DNA from: the human T2T-CHM13v2.0 reference genome, Homo sapiens
NCBI RefSeq assembly: GCF_009914755.1
Contig: NC_060927.1
DNA: 64,000 nt
Direction: 5' to 3' (one strand)
Shown here: piece by piece, positions 1 through 20,800 of the stretch
Layout of the letters: the number at the start of each line of letters is the position of its first letter
Numbering within the stretch: the stretch's first letter is position 1
The notes under the pieces: model-generated
Seen by the model: only the letters and a program-made list of their open reading frames with translations
Databases searched by the model: none
Told to the model about the DNA's origin: nothing
Position numbers and translations under genes: made by a program

Positions 1-517
1 ATCCTATTGTTGGGTATATACCCCAAGGGTAATAAATCATTCTACCATAAACATACATCCACGTGTATGTTCACTGCAGCACTATTCACAATAACAAAGA
101 CATGGAATCAACCTAAATGCCCATCAATGGTAGACTAGATTTAAAAAAATGTGGTACATATACATCAAGGAATGCTACACAGCCATAAAAAAGAATGAGA
201 TCATGTCCTTTTCAGCAACATGGATGGAGCTCTAGGCCATTTTCCTAAGTGAATTAACACAGGGAAAGAAAACCAAATACCACATGCTTTACTTACAAGT
301 GGGAACTAAACATTCTGTACACATGGACATAAATAAGGGAACAACAGACACTGTGCCTAGTGTTTGGGAAGAGGGTAAGGAAAACCTACCTATTGGATAC
401 TATGCTTATTACTGGGGTGATGACATGCTCTGTACACCAAATCCTGACAACACATAATTCACCTATATAACAAACCTGCACATGTACTCCAAAACTAAAA
501 TAAAAGTTAAAAAATAA
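1..517 (+). mobile_element. L1 3' end (L1PA15/16-like); 5' part lies outside the window
   Basis: ORF2 C-terminal and 3'UTR motifs (ctattcacaataacaaagacatggaatcaacctaaatgcccatca; tactatgcttattac; acaaacctgcacatgtac) ending in an A-rich tail. Confidence 0.8.
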
Positions 518-1844
518 GATGAGGTTATATGCCTACCTCTGCTATGATCACTCAGAAAACTCTGGGAATGCTTTTCCCTCTGATAAACAAAAATGAAGGG
601 TAAACATACTTTATATTTACTAAAATTTTATTCTAGGCTAGACATATTCTGTGAGTTATCTTGGTTAGTTCTTTCAACAGCGATTAAAAGTAGATATTCT
701 GCTCTTCCTCCTTGTTAAAATGAGAAAAAGAGGAGAGAGTGATAGACAGGAAGCAGGACGAACTTGCAGCTCCTACTCAGAGGGACAGAGCAGCATGTGG
801 AGACCCACATTGCTAACTTTTCTCCAAGAACTATCCCAGGAACATACCAGGAAAGCTGAGAGAATCCACAGATGCGTTGAAGACAGTTGATTGCCACTGC
901 AGGCTCCATGGGCAGCCGAGGAACTGTGAGTCCCCTTGCTTTCTCAGCTGGGAGGCTTGTAGCCTGGGGCAAGTTCTCAGTCCTGCTCATCAGCTGCCTA
1001 GAAATAAACTCAGTGCTTTTGGGTGGCGCTGGGGGCATGGTGGGAGTGAAACTGGCCTTTCAGGCCATGGGCTGAGTGGGAGGTGGGTGAGGTCTGTGGC
1101 TGCCATCTTTCCCCCATTTCCCTGGCAACCTGTGTGATGCCGAACAGACAGCCATAATCCCTCAAGGAACATAGCTGCACTGGCCTGTGAACCACACCCC
1201 AATCTGCCACAGCAGCCACAGCAAGCCCTGCCCAAGAGAGACTGAGCTCAGACATGCCTAACCCTGCTCCCACTTGATGGTCTTTCTCTACTCACCCTGG
1301 TAGCCAGAATACAAAGAACATAATCTTTTGGGAGCTCTATGACCCTGCCCACTGCCTGAGAAACCTGAATACTTATCCAAGGGTGACCCTAGGGCAAGCT
1401 TGTATCCTCCTTATACAATCACAGCTGATGTGCTCTTGAAAGTGCTACCTCCTTCCTGGAGGCCAGCCAACACAAAAGCAACACACATGAAAATACAAAA
1501 ACCAACACATATAAAAATACAACCAAGGACTCTCACAGAGTCCACTTCATTCTCCTGCTACCTCCACCAGAGTAGGTGTTGGTATCCAAAGCTGAGAGAC
1601 CTGAAGATGAATCACATCAAAAGACTCTTTACAGATACTCCCCAGAACCAGCCCAAAGCCCAGTAGCTCCACTGGGTGGCTAGATCCAGAAGACAACTAA
1701 CAATCACTGCAGTTTGGCTCTCAGGAAGCCCCATCCCTAGGGCAAAGGGGAGAGCACCAGGTCAAGGGAGCACCCCCATGGGACACAAGAATCTGAACAG
1801 CAGCCCTTGAGTTCCAGATCTTCCCTCTGACATAGTCTACCCAA

Positions 1845-2850
1845 ATGAGAAGGAACCAGAAAAACAATTCTGGTAATATGAAAAAAAAAACAAGGTTCTT
1901 TAACATCCCCAAAAGATCACACTAGCTCACTAGCAATGGATCAAACCAAGATGAAATCTCCGAATTGCCAGAAAAAAAATTCAGAAGGTTGATTATTAAG
2001 CCAATCAAGGTGGCACCAGAGAAAGGTGAAGTCCAACTTTAAGAAATCAAAAAAATGATACAGGATGTGAATGGAAAAATCTCCAGTGAAATAGACAGCA
2101 TAAATAAAAAACAATTACAACTTTTGGAAATCAAGGACACACATAGAGAAATGCAAAATGCACTGGAAAGTCTCAGCAATAGAACTGAACAAGTAGAAGA
2201 AAGAACTTCAGAGCTCAAAGACAAGGCTTTTGAATTAACCCATCGTGACAAAGACAAAGAAAGAAGAATTTTGAAAAAATAATTTTAAAAATTTAATAAA
2301 GCCTCCAAAAAATTTGGGATTATGTCAAACAACCAAACCTAAGAAAAATTGATGTTCCCAAGGGAGAAGAGAAATCTAAAAGTTTGGAAAACATATTTGA
2401 GGCAATAATCGAGAAAACCTCTGGTCTTGCTAGAGGTCTAGACATTCAAATACAAGAAGCTCAAAGAACACCTGGGAAATTTATTCCAAAAAAATCACCT
2501 AGGAACATAGTCATCAGGTTACCTAAAGTCAAGGCAAAGGAAAGAATATTTAGAGCTGTGAGGCAAAAGCATCAGGTAGCCTACAAAGTAAAACCTATCA
2601 AATTAACAGCAGATTTCTCAGCAGAAACCATACAAGCTAGAAAGGACTGGGGTCCTATCTTTACCCTCCGTGTTATCAGCCAAGAATTTTGTATTCAGCA
2701 AAACTAAGCTTCATAAATGAAGGAAAGATACAGTCTTTATCAAACATGCTGAGAGAATTTGCCACTACCAAGCCAACACTATAAGAATGGCTAAAAGGAA
2801 CTGTAAATCTTGAAACGAATCCTTGAAATAAACCAAAATAGAATATCCTT
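1845..2850 (+). pseudogene. L1PB1 ORF1p remnant (frameshifted)
   Basis: ORF-track fragments 2055-2282 (coiled coil) and 2384-2707 (IQEAQRTPGK...PIKLTADFSAET). Confidence 0.85.
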
Positions 2851-2933
2851 TAAGTATAAATCTCACAGGCCCTATAATACAATAACACAGTGAAAAAAAA
2901 AAAAACCAGGGTATTAAGGCAACAAACAGCTTG

Positions 2934-6811
<3,878 letters not shown>

Positions 6812-7337
6812 GCTATGAGGATGCAAAGGCATATGACTGATACAATGGACTTTGGGGACTCAGGGGGAAGGTGGGAGGGGGATTAGGGATAAAGGACCAC
6901 ACCCTGGGTACAAGGTATACTGCTCAGGTGATGGGTGCACCAAAATTTCAGAAATCACCACTAAAGAACTTATTCATGTAACCAAACACCACCTGTTCCC
7001 CCCAAAATCTATTGAAATAAAAATAAATAAATGAGAAAAAGAAGTCTGAGAGGTTAAGTGACTCCTGTCCAGAGACAGAGTTGAAATGAGAGTAGACAGG
7101 TATGGCTAGTTTTAACCATAATCTCATCTAATACTCACATATAAACCCTGCAACCTCTGAGTAATCATGTCACTCAGAATGGCCTAGATATCAACATCCC
7201 CATATTACAGAAAAGAAAACTAGCTCAGATGCATACATACCTTAGAGCCCTGTTTTTTTTTTTTTTTTTCACCTAAACAGTCTCCTTTAGTCATGTCATT
7301 TCTAAATATCACCTTCATCATATAATTAACAATAACA

Positions 7338-7640
7338 GGCTGGGCACAGTGGCTCACACATGTAATCCCAGCACTTTGGGAGGCCGAGGCGGGCGGATCA
7401 TGAGGTCAGGAGATCGAGCCCATCCTGGTGAACACTGTGAAACCCTGTCTCTACTAAAAATACAAAAATTTAGCCAGGCGTGGTGGCGGGTGCCTGTAGT
7501 CCCAGCTACTTGGGAGGCTGAGGCAGGAGAATGGCATGAACCAGGGGGGACGGAGCTTGCAGTGAGCAGAATCCGCAACTGCACTCCAGCCTGGGCAACA
7601 GAGCGAGACTCCGTCTCAAATAATAGTAATAATAATAATA
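7338..7640 (+). mobile_element. AluY with (AAT)n tail
   Basis: AluY-type diagnostics: gagatcgag, gagaatggcatgaacc, ggagcttgcagtgag. Confidence 0.9.
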
Positions 7641-7659
7641 GTTGCAACATGAATATTCG

Positions 7660-7800
7660 GAAAGCAGTTTATCATTTACAAATGCTTTTATGCATACTTT
7701 CCATCTTCTCAATGGCCAATGAGAAAGGCTTTTTTCTTCCAATTTTATAGATGTGGACACTGAAGTTCAGTGTACTTAAGTGAAGAGCTTAAATCAAACA
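7660..7800 (-). mobile_element. MIR fragment
   Basis: Core-like ccaattttatagatgtggacactgaagttcag. Confidence 0.55.
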
Positions 7801-8654
7801 AGAACAATTGAGACTGAAATCAGAATCAGAAGCAGTCAATAATATTATAGAGAAAAATAATAGTTTAATTTATTATTAAATTAAGTCTTGTAGTACAGGT
7901 CCAGTGGAATAGGCAAGAGGCTAGGTTTTAAACAGAAGCTGCGTGGTAATGCTGAGTTGTCAGGCATAAACAATGACTGTACAGTGGTTTGAGATTTAAA
8001 TGCTTAGCTAGACCTCAGGTGAGACAGATATCAGAGATGCAGGGACAGTCAGAAGATCCATTGCCAATAAATATGCCTAGCAGATGCTGTGTCCTGGGCT
8101 CTGCAATTGCCATGGGCTTCTTGGATTCTGTTTATCCCTTCATTCTGCCTCGAGCTTGCCAAGTCATGAGCCTACTTGCAGAGGACCAGAAATGAGAGAA
8201 AACTACTTCTGGACCTACTCCCATGGGCTCTTCCTTATCCCCATCCTCTGTTGGAGAGCACCAGAAAATATTCTACCTGGATATACTGCTGCTTAGACCA
8301 GAGCAAGACCATATTCAAACACACCAGGCACATGTTCTGTGGCTGGCACATGCAGCTGAGGACCATCTGCCGTGATGGCTTTTAGCCTGCTAAGAAGATA
8401 GTGAGCTACTTCCCTCAAGGCAAACTAGCCAAAAATGAGCTTCTAGAGTCTTTGACTAAATCTAATAACTTTCTCTCTTGATCTTTTTAAACAAAAAATA
8501 ATGAATTGTATTTTGTTAAACCAGTCTTCTGAATTTCAGAACCTTCTACATTCCACTGAGAGAGGTTTAACTGCTCTCTAATAAGCCTGTTTGATTTCTG
8601 ATGGCTAATGAAGTTAACAGTGAACTTTATTGTCCATTGGTCCATATAAGCTCC

Positions 8655-8735
8655 ATGGAAACAGGGACACCATCTTTCCTTTCCACCAAGCATCTAGAGT
8701 CATGTCTAACACATAAGAGCTATTTAATATACAAG
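8655..8735 (+). mobile_element. L2 3' end fragment
   Basis: taagctccatggaaacagggac...gtctaacacataagagctatttaatat. Confidence 0.55.
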
Positions 8736-9644
8736 TAATAATGACAGGAGCATTTATTACAGTACAAGACCATGTCACTCTGAATGGACTGTTCCAAACC
8801 AAATACCTGGAGAATTGAGAATTGGTAGCAGTGTAAAATTTCTTTCAATTCACCATTTTCTCTTTGCAAAGTTAGAGAATGCATGGTCTCCACCTACATA
8901 TTTTGGTGGGGATAGAGTGGGATGATCAGGCATCCAGATTATTTTTCTTTATTTGGAGAATCTTAAAACAGTGGCAGGTGGGATGTGGGAGAGTTGGACT
9001 AGGGCAGGGTAGTCATGAGAAATATGGTAGCCAATCATATGTGCTTTAACAAGACAATGAATGTTAAAAAATCATAGAGATAGACATAAATATCCATATA
9101 GACATAAATATTTATCTCCAATAAAGATTTTCAGGGTAATGGCAACAGGAGGTTAAAAAATCTTTTGATGATTCAGTCACATGAGTATCTTATGGTGGAC
9201 AAAGGTCAATAGAGAAGATGCCAGCAACAGCAGATTTAAGTGAACGAACACACTGGTCAGTTAGAGGGATCAAATGCATAATCTGTTTTCCCAGTATGTC
9301 TTGGTTCTGGCCTGTTTTGCAAACCTTCCCATTGACTCTAGGTACTATCCAAAAGCCTTCTAAGAGGATCCCTTTTAGGATTCATTAAATCAAAGTTGGA
9401 TTCATTGATTTTCCAATAAGAGTATTATTTTGGTAGGGAAAAGAGTGCCAGCACACCATTAGAGTTGCCCGGTTTCCTATGGGACTATATGTGCTTTTGG
9501 AGGAAGCAAGAGGAAACCATAGTATCTGGTGCTTAAGAATGTTTTAGCTAGCAGCCTGGTAACACAAGAAGGTACCAGGCATAGTGTGCAGTAATTTTTT
9601 TGTATGTAAATTCTGATGACTTGGACACTCTTCCCCAAACCATC

Positions 9645-9730
9645 ACTCATTTATTCTTTAACTATTAATCAAGTTCCTACTATGTGCTTGGAGCCATGCT
9701 AGATACTGAGGAAGTGGCAATAAGGGAGCT
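9645..9730 (-). mobile_element. L2 3' end fragment
   Basis: cattt...ttcctactatgtgcttggagccatgctagatactgagg. Confidence 0.55.
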
Positions 9731-9739
9731 GAGGCCCTA

Positions 9740-13650
<3,911 letters not shown>

Positions 13651-13669
13651 GAGGCCCCAGTCTTAAAAC

Positions 13670-13890
13670 ATGTCCTGAAGTCCAGCTGTCTGGGTGTGAA
13701 TACCGGTGTTACCACTTCTAGCTATAAGACCCTAGGGAATTGACTTAATCATTCTGTGCTTGTTTCATCTGTACCACAATATTATTCACACTTGCCATAT
13801 ATAGTTGTTATATTAATTCATTTAATCCTTACACAATAAAGCACTGAGAACAGAGGCTTGTTTGAAAGAAGCATTTGGTAAGCATTAGTA
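13670..13890 (+). mobile_element. MIR
   Basis: ctgggtgtgaataccggtgttaccacttctagct...ttgtttcatctgta...aaagcactgagaacag. Confidence 0.65.
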
Positions 13891-14032
13891 GCAGTTGCTG
13901 TCTTTAAGTTTATTATCAGTAGAATGTTTGACTGAATGTTACACACAGACAAGGCATCAGGAAACATCAAACAATTTGATGTGCTGTAAGCAAGGATATG
14001 CAGGAAAACATTGAAGAAATGCACCATGAGGA

Positions 14033-17000
14033 TTCTGGTCCAAGATGGCGGACTAGAAACATGAGATACCTTCTCCAGAAAGAAGAATCAAAATTATAAA
14101 TAGACAGTCATACCTCAAATAGAACATTTAGGAGTGCACAATAAAGTATAACAGAGAACTTACAGGAAATACCTGAGGCAGAGAAAAAGAAAGTGAGCAT
14201 TCAGCTCAGCCTGGGAGTCCAGAGATACTAAAGTATTGCAAGGAGAGCGTAAGTGAGAACGCTTTGGTGGTCCACATCTCTGCCATACGCTGCTATGCAC
14301 TGTACCACAGGAGAGTTCCTCTACCCACGTGAACCCTGACACTAGTTTGGGTGGTGATTTGGAGACCCCATGAGAGCATTGTATCAGAGAGGGAACTTAT
14401 CCTGAGCCACTCACCCCCACCCTGAGACCTGAGCAACTGTGGCAGGACACTATTTTAGGAGCACTGCTGTCACTGGACTACATCTTGTTCTGGGAAACAC
14501 AGCCTCTGTATCTCCACACCCTGGGAGTTCCCACTGACATTCCCCAGCATCTACTGGGATGGCTTTAGCAGCATAGTGTTGGCCGTACCCAAAGTTGCTA
14601 CAGGGTCCCCAGTTCTCTAGCACAGTTGTCCCCAAACTCCTGGCTGTGGACTGGTACTGGCCTGTTAGGAACTGGGCTGCATAGCCCAGATCCTGGCCTG
14701 TTAGGAACTGGACTGCACAGCAGGAGATGAATAACAGGCAAGGGAACAAAGTGTCGTCTGTATTTATAGCCACTCCCCATCACTCACATTGCTGCTTGAG
14801 CTCCACCTCCTGTCAGATTAGATTCTCGTAGGAGCACAAACCCTATTGTGAATTGTGCATGCAAGGCATCTAGGTTGCATATTCCTTATGAGAATCCAGC
14901 AAATGCCTGCTGATCCGAGGTAGAATGGTTTCATCCCCAAACCACTCCACCCCCAGCCTGTGAAAAAACTGTGTTCCATTAAAACCAGTCCAGTCCTTGG
15001 TTCCAAAATGATTGGGGGCTGCTTCTCTAGCCCACAGGGAGTAATAATCCTTCAGTAAAGTATAGTCCAGTGCACCAACAAGGTGAGCTTCTGGGACAAA
15101 GGAAACCAAGATATGCACTTTGCAGAGTTAAAGAGCTCCCTGTCTGGAGCTATGAGAAGTGACCCTGCCACCACCAGCAGCAGAAGCTCTGTTCTAGGCT
15201 TTGCATGTAAAGAGTGAAATCCCCTCCCATGAGCGGAGCAGCCTCTGTGCTTGGTCTTAAGTAAAGAATGGAACCCCCTCTTCTCTCTGTGCACACCAGC
15301 TCCTGCAGCTGCTAGAGGCTGGGATGGGTGAGCCAGTGGGCTAACTGTCTGGGGCTATGAGTGGTGACTGCAACCCCACACCACAGCCACTGCCAATACC
15401 AACCCACATCACTCAAAGGGTCCTCCCACCACTGCTACTGATCTTGCTTACATCACACTGGCTGCTCAGAAACCCAAGAACCTGCTCAATTGCCTGGCTC
15501 ACTGTTGCCACTACTCACATGTAAGCAAACCACGTGGAGGCCCAATAATTCACCTACCAGTAAATGCCAATCCAAGTGCCAGTGTTCACCAATGTAGGGA
15601 ACAAAGATAGTCATGCTCAGCCAACTGCTGCTGCCACTGAGGGCTGATAACTGGCCCGCTTTTCTCTCTAGTCTCCAGTGTAGCTTCACCATAGCCTCTA
15701 CCAATTACTGCACCCTAACCTTGTGAGAAAAACTCACAGAAAGCATGAACACTGTTTACACCCAAATAAATCATACAGAGGCTACACTACTGCACACACA
15801 CAGAATCAAAAAGTTCCCTACCCAACCAACACCAAAGATATGTCTTCAGGAAAGTGCTCTACTACAAAAGTAAATTCAAAACTAGGAAGAAGTAACCGTT
15901 AGACCAGTTGAACTGATATCAACATATGGACACAGGAAACATGAAAAAGCAAAGAAATATGACATCTCCAGAAAAACGCAATTATTCTCCAGCAATAGAT
16001 CTTAATCAAAAGAAGTCTTCAAAATCCCAAATAATTCAATATATTGATTTTAAGAAGCTCAGTAAGCTACAAGATAATTCTGGAAAATCCAAAAAAAAAA
16101 AAAAACTCATCAAAGAGATAGATTTTTTGTAAGAACCAAACAGAAATTCTGGAACTGAAGAATTCATAGAATACAAAATACATTTGAAAAATGTTGAAAA
16201 AGTTGAAAGCCTTTTCTCTAAGAACTGGAACAAGGCAAGGATGTCCACTTTCTCTCCTCCTATCTAACATAGTACTGAAAGTCCTAGACAGAGCAATCAG
16301 ACAAGAGAAAGAAAAGGCATCCACATTGGCAAACATGAAATAAAATTATCTCTTTTCTGATGATATAATCTTACATCTTGAAAAACCTAGTAACTCCCCC
16401 AAAAACCTCTCAGATTTGATATATCTGGTAATGTTGCAGTATACAAAATCAATGCACAAAAATCAGTAGTGCTTCTATACAATAGTAACCTAGCCAAGAA
16501 AGGAGCTAAGAAGGCCATTTCATTTACAATAGTGACAAAAAACAAAATACCTCTAAATGAATTTAACAAAGGAGGTGAGAGATCCCTACAAGGAATAGTA
16601 TAAGGCACTGATGAAAGAAATGGAAGATAAAGTAAACAAATGGAAAAACATCTTACACTCATGCATCAGAAGAATTTAATATTGTTAAAACCACCATATT
16701 GCCCAAATCAATCTACAGATTCAATGCAATCCCTATGAAAATGCCAATCTCATTCTTTACAGAACTAGAAAAATCAATCCTAAAATTCATATGGCACTAA
16801 AAAGAGCCCAAATTGCCAAAGCAAGCCTGAAGAAAATGAACTGAACTAGAGACATCAAACTATCTGACTTTGAAATATATTATAAGGCTGGAGTAACCAA
16901 AATGCATGTTATTGGTATAAAAATAGATGCATAGACCAATGGAACTGAATAGAGAAGCCAGAAATAAAGCCATATATTTAGTCAACTAGTATTTGACAAA

Positions 17001-17800
17001 GCTGACAAGAATTTATACTTTGGCAATTGGGGAAAGGAAACTATTCAATAAATGATGCTGTGACAGTTGGACAGCCACATACAGAAGAATGAAACTGAAC
17101 CACTATTTCTTACCATATACAAAGATCACCTCAAAATGGATTGACCAGTTAAATGTAAGACCTGAAACTATAAAAATACTAGAAGAAAACTTAGGGAAAA
17201 AACTCTCCTGGACATTAGCCTAGATAAATAATTTATGACTAAGACCTCAAATGCACAGACAACTAAAACCAAAGTAGGCAAATTGTAATAAAACTAAAAA
17301 GCTTCTGCACAGCTAAAGAAATAACAGAGTAAAGTAACAACCTGTTGAATGAGAGAAAACGTTTGCAAACTATTTATTAGACAGGGACTAATATTCAGAA
17401 TACACAAGGAAGTCAACTCACCAGGAAAAAAAAAACATTTAAAAGTGGTGCATAAAAAATGTGCAATACATCATTAATCAGAGAAATGCAAATCAAAACC
17501 ACTGAACACTATTCAGAGTGACTATTATTAAAAAGACAAAATAACAGATGTTGGCGAAAATGTGGAGAAAAGGGAACTCTTGGTGGGAATGTAAACTCAT
17601 ATAGCCACTATGGAAAACAGTATGAAGATTTCTTAAAAATCCTAAAAACAGAATTAGCATTTGATTCAGCAATCTCGCTACTGGGAATATACCCAAAGGG
17701 AATCAAATCATCAATGTATCAAAGGAATACCTGTACTTGCATGTTTATTACAGCACTATTCACAAAAGCAAAGATATAGAATCAAGCTAAATATCCACCC
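14033..17800 (+). mobile_element. Old L1 (L1MA/L1PB4-like) with 5'UTR, large internal deletion and no 3' end
   Basis: Starts near caagatggcg (YY1 motif). ORF1 N-terminus at ~15940-16190 is fused directly to RT sequence aagttgaaagccttttctctaagaactggaacaaggcaagg; ORF2 C-terminal sequence runs to ~17800. Confidence 0.8.
14623..15024 (+). mobile_element. MER1 (hAT-Charlie non-autonomous DNA transposon)
   Basis: TIRs cagttgtccccaa / ttgggggctgctt; 8-bp TSD ctctagca (14615-14622) / ctctagcc (15025-15032). Confidence 0.9.
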
Positions 17801-17825
17801 AAGTACAATACATTTTCGCTAAGTA

Positions 17826-20800
17826 TAGTGCCACAATAAACATAAGTGTGCATGTGTCTTTACAGTAGAATGATTTATAATCCTTTGGTTATACCCTGTA
17901 ATGGAATTGCTGGGTCAAATGGTATTTCTGGCTCTAGATCCTTGAGGAATCACCACACTGTCTTCCACAATGGTTGAACTAATTTGTCAATTTGGCTTTT
18001 GTTACCATTGCTTTTGGTGTTTTGGACATGAAGTCTTTGCCCATGCCTATATCCTGAATGGTATTGCCTAGGTTTTCTTCTAGGGTTTTTATGGTTTTAG
18101 GTCTTATGTTTAAGTCTTTAATCCGTTTTGAGTTAATTTTTGTATAAGGTAAAGGAAGGGATCCAGTTTCAGTTTTCTGCCTATGGCTAGCCAGTTTTAC
18201 CAACACCATTTATTAAATAGGGTATCCTTTCCCCATTTGCTTTTGTCAGGTTTGTCAAAGATCAGATGGTTGTAGATGTGTAGTGTTATTTCTGAGGCCT
18301 CTGTTCTGTTCCATTGGTCTCTACCTCTGTTTTGATACCAGTATCATGCTGTTTTGGTTACTGTAGCCTTGTGGTATAGTTTGAAGACAGGTAGCGTGAT
18401 GCCTCAAGCTTTGTTCTTTTTGCTTAGGATTGTCATGTCTATACGGGCTCGTTTTTGGTTCCAGATGAAATTTAAAGCAGTTTTTTCCAATTCTGTGAAG
18501 GAAGTCAATGGTAGCTTGATGGGGATAGCATTGAATCTATCAATTACTTTAGGCAGTATGGCCATTTTCATGATATTGATTCTTCCTATCCATGAGTATG
18601 GAATGTTTTTCCATTTGTTTGTGTCCTTTCTTATTTCCTTGAGAAGTGGTTTGTAGTTCTCCTTGAAGAGGTCCTTCACATCCCTTGTAAGTTGGATTCC
18701 TAGGTATTTTATTCTCTTTGTAGCAATTGTGAATGGGAGTCCACTCATAATTTGGCTCTCCATTTGTCTACTATTGGTGTATAGGAATGCTTGTGATTTT
18801 TGCACATTGATTTTGCATCCTGAGACTTTGCTGAAGTTGCTTATCAGCTTAAGCATATTTTGGGCTGAGATGATGGAGTTTTCTAAATATACAGTCATGT
18901 CATCTGCAAACAGAGACAATTTGACTTCCTCTCTTCCATTTGAATACCCTTTATTTCTTTCTCTTGCCTGATTGCCCTGGCCAGAACTTCCAACACTATG
19001 TTGAGTAGGAGTGGGGAGAGAGGGCATCCTTGTCTTGTGCCAGTTTTCAAAGGGAATGCTTCCAGCTTTTGTCCATTCAGTATATTGGCTGTGGGTCTGT
19101 CATAAATAGCTATTATTTTGAGATACATTCCATCAATACCTAGTTTATTGAGAGTTTTTAGCATGAAGGGGTGAATTTTATCAAAGGCCTATTCTGCATC
19201 TATTGAGATATTCATGTGGTTTTAGTTGTTGGTCCTGTTTATGTGATGGATTACGTTTATTGATTTGCATATGTTAAACCAGCCTTGCATCCCAGGGATG
19301 AAGCCGACTTAATTGTGGTGAATAAGCTTTTTGATGTGCTGCTGCATTTGGTTTGCCAGTATTTTATTGAGGATTTTCGCATTGATATTCCTCAGGGATA
19401 TTGGCCTGAAATTTTCTGTTTTGGTTGTATCTCTGCCAGGTTTTGGTATCAGGATGATGCTGGCCTCATAAAATGAGTTAAGGAGGAATACCTTTTTTTC
19501 TATTGTTTGGAATAGTTTCAGAAGGAATGTTACAAGCTCTTCTTTGTACCTTTCATACAATTCAGCTGTGAATCCGTCCGGTCCTGGGCTTTTTTTGGCT
19601 GGTAGGCCAACCAAAAAATTACTGCCTCAATTTCAGAACTTATTATTGGTCTATTCAGGTATTCAACTTCTTCCTGGTTTAGTCTTGGGAGGGTGTATGT
19701 GTCCAGGAATTTATCCATTTCTTCTAGATTTTCTAGCTTATTTGTGTAGAGATGTTTATAGTATTCTCTGATGGCAGTTTGTATTTCTGGGGGATCAGTG
19801 GCGATATCCCCTTCATCATTTTTTATTGTGTCTATTTGATTCTTCTCTCTTTTCTTCTTTGTTTTTCTGGCTGGCAGTCTATTTTGTTGATCTTTTAAAA
19901 AAAAAACCAGCTCCTGGATTCATTGATTTTTTTTAAGGGCTTTTCGTGTCTCTATCTCCTTCAGTTCTGCTCTTAGTTATTTCTTGTCTTCTGCTAGCTT
20001 CTGAATTTGTTTGCTCTTACTTCTCTAGTTCTTTTAATTTTGATGTTAGGGTGTCGATTCTAGATCTTTCCCGCTTTCTCCTGTGGGCATTTAGTGCTGT
20101 AAATTTTCCTCTAGGACGGGCACGGTGGCTCACGCCTGTAATCCCAGCACTTTGGGAGGCCTAAGCAGGCGGATAACGAGGTCAGGAGATCGAGACCATT
20201 CTGGCTAACACTGTGAAACCCCGTCTCTACTAAAAATACAAAACATTAGCCGGGTGTGTTGGTGGGTGCCTATTAGTCCCAGCTACTTAGGAGGCTGAGG
20301 CAGGAGAATCACTTGAATCTGGGAGGCAGAGGTTGCAGTGAGCTGCGATTGCACAACTGCACTCCAGTCTGGATGACAGAGTGAGGCTCTGCCTCAAAAA
20401 AAAAAAAATTCCCTCTGAACACTACTTTAGCTGTGTCTCAGAGATTCTGCTACATTGTGTCTTCATTCTCATTGTTTCAAAGGACCTATTTATTCCTGCC
20501 TTAATTTTGTTATTTACCCAGTAGTCACTGAGGAGCCGGTTGTTCAGTTTCCATGTAGTTGTGCAGTTTTGAGTGAGTTTCTTAATCCTGAGTTCTAATT
20601 TGATTGCACTGTGGTCTGAGAAACTGTTATGATTTCCGTTCTTTTGCATTTTCTGAGGAGTGTTTTACTTCCAATTATGTGGTCAATTTTAGAATAAGTG
20701 TGATGTGGTGCTGAGAAGAATGTATATTCTGTTGATTTGGGGTGGAGAGTTTTGTAGATGTCTGCTTGGTCCAGAGCTGAATTCAAGTCCTGAATATCCT

